This document shows, one piece after another, positions 1 through 13,841 of a DNA stretch of 64,000 nt. The stretch's first letter is position 1; every line of letters starts with the position of its first letter. The position numbers and the translations under genes are program-made. Below the pieces are notes generated by a model. The model did not search any database. It was not told the origin of the DNA and was given only the letters and a program-made list of their open reading frames with translations. The stretch spans positions 5,372,784 through 5,436,783 of the forward strand of contig CM121341.1 of assembly GCA_051530055.1 (NCBI GenBank), read 5' to 3'. This DNA comes from Neoechinorhynchus agilis. Taxonomy: Eukaryota; Animalia; Acanthocephala.

Positions 1-189
1 CTTTTAAGGAAATTTAAGTCTTCTTTAAAGTGTCATAAACCACTTTTACTCTTTTATTATACACTCAAACATTTGAGTTTTCCTTTAACACTCACTTTTC
101 GCTCTATACGTTTTCCATCGCTTCCTATACAATTTTCTTGCACATAAATCCTATTTTTAATTCGTTTGAGTACATTTTCTCTGAATTAA

Positions 190-1420
190 AGAATATTTAT
201 TGCGCTTTTTAGAAACAGAGCCGCGGTACGCTGGCAGCATTCCTTCGTTGTACTGTCGCCATCGATTATCTTCACTCGAGGCTCTTTTCCTGATCAAAAA
301 CACCCTCTTCATTGCAAAACTGCTGTATAAGCTGCGTACAGCACCTTTTTTAGACATAAGGAAAAGCTGGCAAAATTAGACGAGACGGTGAAAGCCTCTC
401 TCTCGGGAAAATTTTAAATACTCAGCTGTAGGACGAGACCTGGCGTCAAGCGTCCTTACCTGTATCGTCCGGCACTTTGGGTATCCGAAAAGCAGTTGAT
501 ATTTCTATGCCAGCCTCTTATGTGTAATCGTATGAAGCAAGCCGCAAAAAATAGTAAAATCCGTTCTTCGCGAGAATTACACTTTGGATGAAGATTTCGT
601 GAAAGCTCTTAATCTTTGGTGTGGAGATTCAGGCAGCGAGCAGGTACCCCTCAATGGTTGCAAACAATCTCTTTTTGGGACTCACCCCTGGTAGCGAGAA
701 TTCAATACTCTTTAATTTCAGATTCTCGTGGCCTGGTGAACCGAACTCGATTGGGGCATTCTCTACAAGAGAATCCGGTGCTTGGCTCAACGTTATCCCA
801 ATCGTTTCTGTGAGTACCCTCCGACGACACATTAAGGATTGCAGTGTCCCTGAGACTTGGGGTACCGATGTGTACATCCCGTCGCTACCATTGCGGAGCG
901 ACCGTGGAACCGTCGGGACGCCACGGTCCCGTCTGTCGGTAATCAGGCGGAAGGTACTCACGACACGCCGAAGTGAACGCAATTCTCTTAGTCGTGCCCC
1001 GAATACTGTGAATGCGTCCAACATCCTGGAACCGAGCAATCTTTGCTGACTCGATAGCCGCCGTGTGGCGAGGGGAAGAAAATGCGTTCTCCGGGACGCA
1101 ATTCGCAGCCATCAACATAAAATTCGCCACTATTTAACTGGAGGGGAGCAGCAACCGCCGCCGAGGAACGTAAAAGGGCAAAATACTTCGACTTGAGTCG
1201 AAATCATTATTTTGTTCCCTTTGGTGTCGAGACATTTGGGTCGTTTGGTACCGCGGCTTAGGACCTGGTCAATCGATTGTTCAAGAGACTGAGACGAATC
1301 ACTGGTGATCCGAGATCATGAGCATTCCTCCTACAAAACATAAGTCTGCCCTTACAACGGGGAGGGAACACTTCATCGGTCCTTTCGACCATTACACCCG
1401 GACCCATTAACGAAATATGT
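190..1420 (+). mobile_element. Decayed CRE-clade (RLE-type) non-LTR retrotransposon, 3' part (RT thumb, zinc knuckle, restriction-like endonuclease)
   Basis: Stitched + frames give LFLIKNTLFIAKLLYKLRTAP, ETWRQASLPVSSG.LGIRKA, ESGAWLNVIP, LRIAVSLRLGVPMC..RHAEVNAIL, LEPSNL and GAATAAEERKRAKY..FVPFGVETFGSFG..TGDPRS..LQNISLPLQRG. These are the C-terminal motifs of CRE elements. Several stops and frameshifts. Confidence 0.85.
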
Positions 1421-1658
1421 ATCTGGGTTTTGCGTATTTCTGAAATAAACTATTAATTTAATCGAAATCAATCGATATTTTTGTACAAAAACCGAATTTT
1501 TATTAACTTAAGCGGCGGTATTGAAAGGAAATAACGACGCTTGGGCACACAAGTGTTTAATAAAAATGTCAAAGTCAATAGGTCGATTATTGAAACACCC
1601 AAGGAATCTCTGGGCACTTTTTCGCCCTCAGAGTTACTTTTTCAAAAAAAGCATCACT

Positions 1659-2606
1659 TTAATCGGTGTTCTTTGACTTTTCACTTGAAAGGTCGTTCTG
1701 ATTGGAACTAAGAAGTGTATTGTCCTCAGCGGCGTTTGAATCTTCGTTTACTTTTGTAACATCGACATTGCACAATGCAGTTTCGTGGTCAAGTTCACCA
1801 AAAGGTTTTAGTAGCGAATCCTCATTAATCATTTTGAAGTGCTTAACAAAGACCGTAAATCGTCTACATAGACTGGTTTTAGCTTCGAATTCATCGAATT
1901 GTTGTCGATGGCAATGAAAAGCATGAGCAAAGAACCTGTATAGTCTTCTACACGTTGAACAGAGTCGATTGATTGATTTTTCGCTCACATTCGTTCGATT
2001 TGGGAAAGATTCTGGATCGGTGAGGAACAAGGAAGCACTATAAGACCAATGTTAGTCTATAAAGAACCCTCCGACGACGACTAATCGGTCATTGTATCCA
2101 GTGTATGGTGCATGTAATCAATAGCTGAGCAATTCTTGGGTTTATTATGTCCTGCACACATGTAAACACTGTTGGAGAAGTCAGCCATTGAACTACAACT
2201 CGAGGGAAGACATACGTCTTCTAAAATAACTACGAGTTCATCCAACTCCATACAAAACTGTTTCACGTTCTCGTATTTCCACGCTCCGTAAACATCGATT
2301 CCATTCAATGGATCTAAATCCGATTCATAGTTGTTCAAAGTACATGCGATGCCTGGCACATCCAATAACCATCCAATGTCATGCCGAGCGTGGTGAACTT
2401 GTTGTTGAATAAACAGCTCAACCCCGAAAGGCCCGTCCGCCTCATTGGCTGCCATCAATGGAAAGTTATTAAAGTTCTAAATATTGGAGAGAAAATTAAA
2501 ACAGCACTTTTGCTGTTACCTTTTTACTACAGCCTCTTGTGTTCCGGAACTTGGTCGGATCAACGCTAACACTTGACGTTGTACGATTCAGAATCGAAGT
2601 GTTCAT
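1659..2606 (-). CDS. MOB4: MOB4/phocein (STRIPAK subunit), 3 exons
   Basis: RNTRGCSKK|NFNNFP, WKYENVKQFCMELDEL, CAGHNKPKNCSAIDYMHHTLD and CRRLYRFFAHAFHCHRQQFDEFE match MOB4. First intron is GT-AG. Second intron is near 2038-2093 with an ambiguous boundary. Confidence 0.9.
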
Positions 2607-2714
2607 TCGGTCTAAAAGTGGGGTTTTTATTTGGAAAAACAGCGATAAAAAACAATCAGTTTTTGACGAATGTTCATCACACGAATAAAACTTCACCACC
2701 ACCACCATAAAGTA

Positions 2715-4200
2715 ATCACCGAGGGGAAATCCTTCGGGAAAATTCGATTCGGAGATGATCTCTGGGCTGATTTCTTGAAAATATCCGTTTTATCCAGGGA
2801 TTATTTGGTCGCCACGCGTCTCTAAATAGTCACCAATAAAAAATCCTTTGGGATGTTGTGATTTGGGGATGATCTCGGATAATAGAACTACCGACGAGGC
2901 ATTTCCGCGAAATATCTCTAGAGAAATCCGTTTTATCCGCTGGGTCGTCACACGTCTCTAAATAGTCACCAATAGAAAATCTTGGATGTTGTGATTTGTA
3001 GATAAAATAAACAGCTGATGAGGCTTTCCGCGAAATATCTCTAGAAAATATCCGTTTTATCCGGCTGGGGATTATTCGGTCATCACGCGTCTCTAAATAG
3101 TCACCAATAGAAAATCGTTCGGAATGTTGTGATTTGGAGATGATCTCGGATAATAGAACTACCGGCGAGGCATTTCCGCGAAATATCTCTAGAAAATATC
3201 CGTTTTATCCGGCTGGGGATTATTCGGTCACCACACGTCTCTAAATAGTCACCAATAGAAAATCGTTCGGAATGTTGTGATTTGGAGATGATCTCGGATA
3301 ATAGAACTACCGACGAGGCATTTCCGCGAAATATCTCTAGAAAATATCCGTTTTATCCGGCTGGGGATTATTCGGTCACCACACGTCTATAAATAGTCAC
3401 CAATAGAAAATCGTTCGGAATGTTGTGATTTGTAGATAAAATAAACAGCTGATGAGGCTTTTCCGCGAAATATCTCTAGAAAATATCCGTTTTATCCGGC
3501 TGGGGATTATTCGGTCACCACACGTCTCTAAATAGAAATAGAAAATCCTTCGGGATGTTGTGATTTGGGGATGATCTCGGATAATAAACCCGACGAGGTT
3601 CGCGAAATATCTCTGGAGAATTGTTTATCGCTTAGGTCATAGTCTCCTCCTTAAATAACCACCGAGGGGAAATCCTTCGGGATGATTCGATTTTCAGATG
3701 ATCTCCGATAAAACGGCAGATGAGACTTTATCTTTCTAGAAAATATCCGCTTTTTTCCTGGGATTATTTTGTCACCACACGTCTCTAAATCTGTAATTAA
3801 CAAACGAGGGAGAATCCTTCGAGATTATTCGATTTGGAGCCGATCTCGGATAAAACAGGCGGCTGATGAGATTTTATTTTTTGAAATATCTCAAGAAAAT
3901 ATGCATTTTTTCCCGGCTGTGGATTATTTAGTCTCCAAATCCTAAAATGATTACCGAGGGAAAATCCTTCGGGATGATTCAATTTTGAGATGATCTCGGA
4001 TAAAATAGACGACTGAAGAGACTTTATCTTTCGAAATATCCCAAAAAATACCCGTTTTATCCAACCAGAAGAAAATCCTCCGGGATGATTCAATTTTGAG
4101 ATGATCTTGGGTAAAATAGACGACTGAAGAGACTATCTTCCGAAATATTTCTAGAAAATATCCGTTTTATCCGGCTAAGGAATATTTGGTCACGACACCT
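2715..4200 (+). repeat. Tandem array of about 149-bp units with hammerhead-like core and cUUCGg hairpin (retrozyme-like)
   Basis: Anchor ctctaaatagtcaccaatag recurs at about 149-bp spacing. Units carry CTGA(T/A)GAG..CGAAATAT..TCTAGA..ATATC flanked by complementary GGATAAAA..ACG / CGTTTTATCC. Confidence 0.75.
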
Positions 4201-4435
4201 CTTCAAAACTGGATCAATTTCCGAGAAACTACCAACGTTCAATTTTTAAAACGAATAACGTAGAAAATGCCGATAAAACGAAATTTCTGATAGGCGTCTT
4301 CGGACGCATCGAAAGAATGCATAAAGGAAAATTGGCTCCATCGGTCAATTAAAACTAAAATTTGTCCAATAATTTTCGCAAATTCAGTCTGGCAGTGAAG
4401 TTCAGTTTTGATGATACCTTCCATAAAGTAACTGA

Positions 4436-5400
4436 GCCTCCTTTTTCGGTTTCCTTTTAACTGAAAAGAGAATTTGCGTTCATCCGAAATCGTCTTTTTT
4501 TGTCGATTGAGCATTTTTGTTTGAGTTTTGCGTTGGACACTTTTCAAATTTTTATTTAGAATTTTTCATTTTCATGGGAGTCGCCTTTTTCGGTTTCCTT
4601 TTAACTGAAAAGAGAATTTGCGTTCATCCGAAATCGTCTTTTTTTGTCGATTGAGCATTTTTGTTTCTTTTATTTTTAGTTGGACACTTTTCAAATTTTT
4701 ATTTAGAATTTTTCATTTTCATGGGAGTCGCCTTTTTCGGTTTCCTTTTAACTGAAAAGAGAATTTGCGTTCATCCGAAATCTCTTTTTTTGGTCGATTG
4801 AGCATTGTTGAGTTTTGCGTTGGACACTTTTCAAATTTTTATTTAGAATTTTTCATTTTCATGGGAGTCGCCTTTTCGGTTTCCTTTTAACTGAAAAGAG
4901 AATTTGCGTTCATCCGAAATCTTTTTTTGGATTGAGCATTTTTGTTTGAGTTTGTATTGGACACTTTTCAAATTTTTATTTAGAATTTTTCATTTTCATG
5001 GGAGTCGCCTTTTTCGGTTTCCTTTTAACTGAAAAGAGAATTTGCGTTCATCCGAAATCTTTTTTTGTCGATTGAGCATTTTTGTTTCTTTTATTTTTAG
5101 TTGGACACTTTTCAAATTTTTATTTAGAATTTTTCATTTTCATGGGAGTCGCCTTTTTCGGTTTCCTTTTAACTGAAAAGAGAATTTGCGTTCATCCGAA
5201 ATCGTCTTTTTTGGTCGATTGAGCATTTTTGTTTCTTTTATTTTTAGTTGGACACTTTTCAAATTTTTATTTAGAATTTTTCATTTTCATGGGAGTCGCC
5301 TTTTTCGGTTTCCTTTTGGCTGAAAAGAGAATTTGCGTTCATCCGAAATCGTGTTTTTTGGTCGATTGAGCATTTTTGTTTGAGTTTTGCATTGGACACT
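4436..5400. repeat. Tandem array of about 137-147-bp units, about 7 copies, ending 60 bp before the FEN1 ATG
   Basis: Repeated gggagtcgcctttttcggtttccttttaactgaaaagagaatttgcg. Confidence 0.95.
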
Positions 5401-5459
5401 TGAGATAGAGTTCAATTTTGAGCGTTGATTTCGTACCATTTCAAAAATGTTCGTTTTAG

Positions 5460-7759
5460 ATGGGTATTCATAGCCTTGCGAAATTGATAGCGGAACAATG
5501 CCCGAACGCGATAAAGGAGTTTGACATCAAGCATCTCTTCGGTATTTGTTTTAATTTTAATTGCAACCCGAAATTCTTGTCTTAGGTCGAAAGATCGCGA
5601 TTGATGCATCGATGTTCATTTACCAATTTTTGATAGCAGTTCGTCAGGACGGTCAGAATTTGATGAATGAGAAGGGCGAAGTGACGAGTCATCTGAACGG
5701 TTTGTTTTACCGGACGATTCGGATGCTTGAGAATGGAATAAAGCCTTTGTATGTGTTCGATGGTAAGCCGCCGGATCTTAAATCCCATGAATTGGACAAG
5801 CGAGCTCAAAGGAGGGATGAGGCTGAGCAGTTGAAACAGACGGCCATCGATGAAGGCGACAAGGAAGCAGTGGATAAATATACAAGAAGACTCGTTAAGG
5901 TCACTAGTGAGCATAATGAGGAATGTAAGACGCTTCTTAAATTAATGGGAGTTCCTTATGTGGATGCTCCTTGTGAAGCTGAGGCTCAATGTGCGAGTCT
6001 CGTTAAGGATGGAGTTGTATATGCGACCGGAACTGAAGATATGGACGCATTGACCTTTGGTTCGACCATTATGCTAAGAAATCTCAACTTTAGTGATTCA
6101 AAGTAAAATCGCTTTTGGTATTTACTTTGTGTTATGAAATCTTCTTAGAAAAGTGCCTATAAGAGAGTATAGTTTGGACAAAATTCTATCAGGAATGGAG
6201 CTGAACTCACAAGATGAGGTAAATTGTCTTGTTATTTGAAACAAATATTCATTGTGATTTAAGTTTATTGATTTGTGCATATTAATGGGATGTGATTATT
6301 GTGATACAATCAGAGGAATCGGCCCGAAACGATCGCTCGAACTTATAAAGAATCATAAATCGATCGAGAAGATCATTAACAAATTAGACCGAAAAAAGTA
6401 TACCATTCCAGAGAACTGGTGTTTTAAGGAGGCAAAAGAAATGTTTAAAAACCCTGAAGTTTATAAAGCAACTGATCTTGAGGTAAGGATTAAAGTTTTT
6501 AGAAAAAAAACGCTTAGCTTCAATGAACGTTCATTGCATTTTTTCAGCCGATTTTCAAATTTTTATCGGTAATAAAACAAAAAGATATCTCGAGTTTTAT
6601 ACCAACAAAAATTAAAAAAATCGCCTCCTTCGAAATATTCAACTTCTAAGAGTATTTTTGTTGAGAAATGTACCATTGTTGTGCAATTCATACAATCGTA
6701 CAGGTTCTTTGGTGATTTTCTTAGCTTACTTTTGGTATTGGTTTAACGAAACAACTTTAAAATGCTTCAAAGTTGGCAAATATATCTAAAATCCTCTTTA
6801 AGAACAAATTTGGACGTTGTTTTTAAACGAATGTTTTGATTTGAAATCCGATTTTGCAACTAAGAATATATTATCCGAATGAAAATTACATTGGAAAAGG
6901 ATACCTTATTTTCGTATAATTTATTTGCGATATTTCACGAGGGGTAATCGCGATAAGAGGGATGAGCTGACGGGCAGCTTTTCTCTCCGTTGCCCTCCTC
7001 TGATTCCTTTTCAGATAACAGAAGAAAAGCTTCCTGACGAAGACGCAAGGCGTGGAAAATTTGAAGCAAGAAATAAATAAAACACCCATTTTCCGTTCGA
7101 TAATAAATCTGGAGATTTTTCGAAAAAAATAACAATCATTTGGAAAATGTCGCAATTGACGAAATATCGGGAATAAATTAGTCACTTGTTATAAATACCA
7201 AAATAATTCGAGTCTAGCTCGTTGGAATTAAATAACATTTCTGAATCGCATAAATCTTTTCGACGGTATTTCTGATATTTTCCATTCATTGTCGTTGTTT
7301 TCAAAACTTTAATAATGTCCTAATTAACCAAATTTCAGCTACAAATTAGTCAATAAAAATCCAAAAGAGATATTATAAATACGAAAATCAAGGAAAAACC
7401 TTTTGCACTCCCGTACTTTAGATAAAGTGGACAGTTCCTGATGAGGAAGGACTAATAAAGTTCATGGTTGAAGACAAAGGATTTGGGTTTGTTTGAAATG
7501 TCTCTCATACTGTTTCTCTCTATATTACATCTAAATAGTCTCGACCGGATCCAGAAAGGATTAAAGAAGATTGAGAGTTCAAAGGAAAAAACAAGCCAAA
7601 CTCGAATCGATGGGTTTTTTGCTTCCGTCCCCCGTGAAATACCAAAAAGAAAGGTTATCATCACGCTTTATTTTATTTTGTTTAATTTTTAAAACGTAGG
7701 TTGAAGATAAAAAGGAGAGGAAATCGAACACAGGGAAAAAACGTAAATCACTCAAGTGA
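5460..7759 (+). CDS. FEN1: Flap endonuclease 1, 7 exons (5460-5541, 5586-6102, 6149-6218, 6264-6482, 7423-7487, 7539-7653, 7700-7759)
   Basis: [53 protein letters not shown] and PIP box QTRIDGFF. All six introns are GT-AG. Confidence 0.97.
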
Positions 7760-8390
7760 TAAATTGTGGTTTGATCGTGTTGATTGTCACAATAATCGAA
7801 CTGGTCTATTTTTCTTTTGCATATAATAATCGTGGAGTTTGTTTTTTGTAATGACCAGAAAGGCGAATTAACTATTGTATTCTATCGAACCCAAATTAAT
7901 CGATAATGAAGGCAAATTTGAAATAAAGACAGTGGTAGAATGAGACCAAAAATTAGCCGAAGCACTGAGGCTCGATCGATCTATAATTAATCCGTCTCGT
8001 TGAAATTGTGCCTTCCAGCCCCCCCGATGATGATCCGGAACTATTTTGAGAAAATTAACCGAACGGATTCTTCATTTCCATTCAGACTTTATTTGTTGCT
8101 CACAGCATGATGCTCCGGCGTGTCCCAAAGGGCACATTTCCACTTTATGAAGAAAGTTATGGCTTTACTCGTCAGTTTGCACATTGTCTGATTTGGAGTT
8201 CCACTAAGGAAAGAACTTTGTCAAACAGAGAATGTTTCTCATTTACACTAAAGACGTTTTGACAAATAACCTCACTGGTAAAGAACAATTCTAGACGTGC
8301 CCGAGCGATTTTCGTGTTCTGAATTTAAGTTCATTCAAAGAAGACCTTCTGAGAAGACACTTCATCTTGTTACTCATCTCTCTCAACTTG

Positions 8391-8633
8391 TTACTTTCGC
8401 ACGGCTAACCAAAAGGCGTAAAAGATGGAGCGACAAAAAAATGGTGGTGTTGAAGAATACGAATTGTCCGCATAATATGAGAATTGCCGTGAGATCTGAC
8501 AAAAAAAATAGAGCCACAATTTCCAGATCCTAAATGTCCAACAAAATTCGATCGGTTCTCCATCAACCATGAAACCTAAAGCACCTCCGTTCACGTCCAT
8601 TTGCAGATCAAACGAACAAAAAAAGACGTCCAC
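8391..8633 (-). pseudogene. Possible SPRY-domain fragment truncated by the adjacent satellite
   Basis: QMDVNGGALGFMVDGEPI resembles the LDMDxGTLxFxVDG strand of SPSB/FBXO45 SPRY domains. The similarity is short. Confidence 0.25.
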
Positions 8634-8649
8634 AACGCCACTTCTAATA

Positions 8650-11600
8650 CTCTGAAAATCCCCTTCTCCGGCCCCCAGAGATCTTCGGGTCCCGGTTGAA
8701 GTTCTCGTTAGTCTTCGTTTTTAGTACAAAAATCTCAATGTGTTCTTATATTTGAGATCTCTCCGACGAACTCCTTGAATCCACGGCGATGGATTTTAAT
8801 GGACTAGAAAGCACCAACCAGCTCGTTTTTCTGAAGATCCCCTTCTCCGGCCCCCAGATGATCTTCGGGTCCCGGTTGAAGTTCTCTTTAGTTTGTTCGT
8901 TTTTAGTACACAAATCTCAACGTGTTCTTATATTTGAGATCTCTCCGACGAACTCCATGAATCCACGGCGATGGATTTTAATGGACTAGAAAAGACGAAC
9001 TCGTTTTTCTGAAGATCCCCTTCTCCGGCCCCCAGATGATCTTCGGATCCCGGTTGAAGTTCTCGTTAGTCTTCGTTTTCAGTACACAAATCTCAATGTG
9101 TTCACCATGTTTGAGATCTCTCCGGCGAACTCCTTGAATCCACGGTGATGGATTTTAATGGACTTGAAAGCACCAACCAGCTCGTTTCTCTGAAGATCCC
9201 CTTCTCGCCCCCCAATGATCTTCGGGTCCCGGTTGAAGTTCTCGTTAGTCTTCGTTTTTAGTACAAATCTCAACGTGTTCTTATATTTGAGATCTCTCCG
9301 ACGAACTCCTTGAATCCACGGTGATGGATTTTAATGGACTAGAAAGCACCAACCAACTCGTTTTTCTGAAGATCCCCTTCTCCGGCCCCCCAATGATCTT
9401 CGGGTCCCGGTTGAAGTTCTCGTTAGTTTGTTCGTTTTTAGTACAAAAATCTCAATGTGTTCTTATATTTGAGATCTCTCGGCGAACTCCTTGAATCCAC
9501 GGTGATGGATTTTAATGAACTAGAAAGCACCAACCAACTCGTTTTTCTGAAGATCCCCTTCTCCGGCCCCCCAGATGATCTTCGGGTCCCGGTTGAAGTT
9601 CTCTTTAGTTTGTTCGTTTTTAGTACACAAATCTCAACGTGTTCTTATATTTGAGATCTCTCCGGCGAACTCCTTGAATCCACGGCGATGGATTTTAATG
9701 GACTAGAAAAGAACACCAACCAACTCGTTTTTCTGAAGATCCACTTCTCCGGCCCCCAATGATCTTCGGGTCTCGGTTGAAGTTCTCGTTAGTCTTCGTT
9801 TTTAGTACAAAAATCTCAATGTGTTCTTATATTTGAGATCTCTCCGACGAACTCCTTGAATCCACGGCGATGGATTTTAATGGACTAGAAAGCACCAACC
9901 AGCTCGTTTTTCTGAAGATCCCCTTCTCCGGCCCCCCAATGATCTTCGGGTCCCGGTTGAGAAGTTCTCGTTAGTCTTCGTTTTTAGTACACAAATCTCA
10001 ATGTGTTCTTGTATTTGAGATCTCTCCGACGAACTCCATGGATTCACGGCGATGGATTTTAATGGACTTGAAAGCACCATCCAACTCGTTTTTCTGAAGA
10101 TCCCCTTCTCGGGCCCCCCAATGATCTTCGGGTCCCGGTTGAAGTTCTCGTTAGTCTTCGTTTTTAGTACACAAATCACAATGTGTTCTTATATTTGAGA
10201 TCTCTCCGACGAACTCCATGAATCCACGGCGATGGATTTTAATGGACTAGAAAGCACCAACCAACTCGTTTTTCTGAAGATCCCCTTCTCCGGCCCCCCA
10301 GATGATCTTCGGGTCCCGGTTGAAGTTCTCGTTAGTCTTCGTTTTTAGTACACAAATCTCAATGTGTTCTTATGTTGAATCTCTCCGGCGAACTCCATGA
10401 ATTCACGGCGATGGATTTTAATGGACTTGAAAGCACCAACCAGCTCGTTTTTCTGAAAGTCCCCTTCTCCGGCCCCCAATGATCTTCGGGTCCCGGTTGG
10501 GATTCTCGTTAGTCTTCGTTTTTAGTACACAAATCTCAATGTGTTCTTATATTTGAGATCTCTCCGGCGAACTCCTTGAATCCACGGTGATGGATTTTAA
10601 TGGACTTGAAAGCACCAACCAGCTCGTTTTTCTGAAGATCCCCTTCTCCAGCCCCCCATTGATCTTCGGGTCCCGGTTGAAGTTCTCGTTAGTCTTCGTT
10701 TTTAGTACACAAATCTCAATGTGTTCTTGTATTTGAGATCTCTCCGGCGAACTCCTTGAATCCACGGCGATGGATTTTAATGGACTAGAAAGCACCAACC
10801 AACTCGTTTTTCTGAAGATCCATTTCTCCGGCCCCCCAATGATCTTCGGGTCCCGGTTGAAGTTCTCGTTAGTTTGTTCGTTTTTAGTACACAAATCTCA
10901 ATGTGTTCTTATATTTGAGATCTCTCCGGCGAACTCCTTGAATCCAAGGCGATGGATTTTAATGGACTAGAAAGCACCAACCAGCTCGTTTTTCTGAAGA
11001 TCCCCTTCTCCGGCCCCCAATGATCTTCGGGTCCCGGTTGAAGTTCTCGTTAGTCTTCGTTTTTAGTACACAAATCTCAATGTGTTCTTATATTTGAGAT
11101 CTCTCCGACGAACTCCTTGAATCCACGGCGATGGATTTTAATGGACTAGAAAAGAACACCAACCAACTCGTTTTTCTGAAGATCCCCTTCTCCGGCCCCC
11201 CCCAATGATCTTCGGGTCCCGGTTGAAGTTCTCGTTAGTTTGTTCGTTTTTAGTACACAAATCTCAATGTGTTCTTGTATTTGAGATCTCTCCGGCGAAC
11301 TCCTTGAATCCACGGCGATGGATTTTAATGGACTTGAAAGCACCAACCAGCTCGTTTTTCTGAAGATTTCCTTCTCCGGCCCCCCAATGATCTTCGGGTC
11401 CCGGTTGAAGTTCTCGTTAGTCTTCGTTTTTAGTACACAAATCTCAATGTGTTCTTATATTTGAGATCTCTCCGACGAACTCCTTGAATCCACGGTGATG
11501 GATTTTAATGGACTTGAAAGCACCAACCAGCTCGTTTTTCTGAAGATCCCCCTTCTCCGGCCCCCAATGATCTTCGGGTCCCGGTTGAAGTTCTCGTTAG

Positions 11601-13640
11601 TCTTCGTTTTTAGTACACAAATCTCAATGTGTTCTTATATTTGAGATCTCTCCGACGAACTCCTTGAATCCACGGCGATGGATTTTAATGGACTACTAGA
11701 AAGCACCAACCAATTCGTTTTTCTGAAGATCCCCTTCTCCGGCCCCCCAATGATCTTCGGGTCCCGGTTGAAGTTCTCGTTAGTCTTCGTTTTTAGTACA
11801 CAAATCTCAATGTGTTCTTGTATTTGAGATCTCTCCGGCGAACTCCTTGAATTCACGGCGATGGATTTTAATGGACTTGAAAGCACCAACCAACTCGTTT
11901 TTCTGAAGATCCACTTCTCCGGCCCCCCAATGATCTTCGGGTCCCGGTTGAAGTTCTCTTTAGTTTGTTCGTTTTTAGTACAAAAATCTCAATGTGTTCT
12001 TATATTTGAGATCTCTCCGACGAACTCCTTGAATCCACGGCGATGGATTTTAATGGACTAGAAAAGAACACCAACCAACTCGTTTTTCTGAAGATCCCCT
12101 TCTCCGGCCCCCCAATGATCTTCGGGTCCCGGTTGAAGTTCTCGTTAGTCTCTTCGTTTTTAGTACAGAAATCTCAACGTGTTCTTATATTTGAGATCTC
12201 TCCGGCGAACTCCTTGAATCCACGGCGATGGATTTTAATGGACTAGAAAGCACCATCCAACTCGTTTTTCTGAAGATCCACTTCTCCGGCCCCCCAATGA
12301 TCTTCGGGTCCCGGTTGAAGTTCTCGTTAGTCTTCGTTTTCAGTACACAAATCTCAATGTGTTCTTGTATTTGAGATCTCTCCGGCGAACTCCTTGAATT
12401 CACGGCGATGGATTTTAATGGACTTGAAGGCACCAACCAACCCGTTTTTCTGAAGATCCCCTTCTCCGCCCCCCCCCCAATGATCTTCGGGTCCCGGTTG
12501 AAGTTCTCGTTAGTCTTCGTTTTTAGTACACAAATCTCAATGTGTTCTTATATTTGAGATCTCTCCGGCGAACTCCTTGAATCCACGGCGATGGATTTTA
12601 ATGGACTTGAAGGCACCAACCAACCCGTTTTTCTGAAGATCCCCTTCTCCGGCCCCCCAATGATCTTCGGGTCCCGGTTGAAGTTCTCGTTAGTCTTCGT
12701 TTTTAGTACACAAATCTCAATGTGTTCTTATATTTGAGATCTCTCCGACGAACTCCATGGATCCACGGCGATGGATTTTAATGGACTTGAAAGCACCATC
12801 CAACTCGTTTTTCTGAAGATCCCCTTCTCCGGCCCCGCAATGATCTTCAAGTCCCGGTTGAAGTTCTCGTTAGTTTGTTCGTTTTTAGTACACAAATCTC
12901 AATGTGTTCTTATATTTGAGATCTCTCCGACGAACTCCATGGATTCACGGCGATGGATTTTAATGAACTAGAAAGCACCAACGAACCCGTTTTTCTGAAG
13001 ATCCCCTTCTCCGGCCCCCCAATGATCTTCGGGTCCCGGTTGAAGTTCTCGTTAGTTTGTTCGTTTTTAGTACACAAATCTCAATGTGTTCTTATATTTG
13101 AGATCTCTCCGACGAACTCCATGAATCCACGACGATGGATTTTAATGGACTAGAAAGCACCAACGAACTCGTTTTTCTGAAGATCCCCTTCTCCGGCCCC
13201 CAATGATCTTCGGGGCCCGGTTGAAGTTCTCGTTAGTTTGTTCGTTTTTAGTACACAAATCTCAATGTGTTCTTATATTTGAGATCTCTCCGACGAACTC
13301 CATGGATCCACGGTGATGGATTTTAATGGACTAGAAAGCACCAACCAACTCGTTTTCTGAAAGTCCCCTTCTCCGGCCCCCAGATGATCTTCGGGTCCCG
13401 GTTGAAGTTCTCGTTAGTCTTCGTTTTTAGTACACAAATCTCAACGTGTTCTTATATTTGAGATCTCTCCGACGAACTCCATGGATTCACGGCGATGGAT
13501 TTTGATGGACTAGAAAGCACCAACCAGCTCGTTTTTCTGAAGAATGCCTTCTCCGGCCCCCCAATGATCTTCGGGTCCCGGTTTAAGTTCTCGTTAGTTT
13601 GTTCGTTTTTAGTACACAGATCTCATTGTTCTCTCAATGT
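8650..13640. repeat. Satellite, 182-bp monomer, about 27 copies
   Basis: ORF-track starts recur at 182-bp spacing (11861/12043, 12771/12953). Variable poly-C tract. Internal inverted repeats gaagatc/gatcttc, atctcaa/ttgagat and aatcca/tggatt. Confidence 0.98.
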
Positions 13641-13841
13641 GTTCATATATTTGACATCTCTCCTTTTTTTGCAGAGTGCGGAAACCTCTGAGTGGTGTGC
13701 TGTACTCATGTGCTCACAAGAGCCATTATAGATAGGTAAAAACGTATTCAACACCACCGCACAACACTTTTGAAACATGTGAGTCAAAAGTGTTTTTTTT
13801 AATGGTTATAGTCCGAAACAGCTTCAGATTTAGTAGCCAAG

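Noticed and set aside
885-1130. Minus-strand ORF with RPDG..PQW suggesting an inverted endonuclease segment
   Set aside because: The plus strand already encodes the colinear CRE motifs across this interval, so the match is coincidental.
8650-13640. CRISPR array or protein-coding repeats in the satellites
   Set aside because: These are head-to-tail monomers without unique spacers, in a eukaryotic context. The many 60-120 aa ORFs are by-products of the repeat units.
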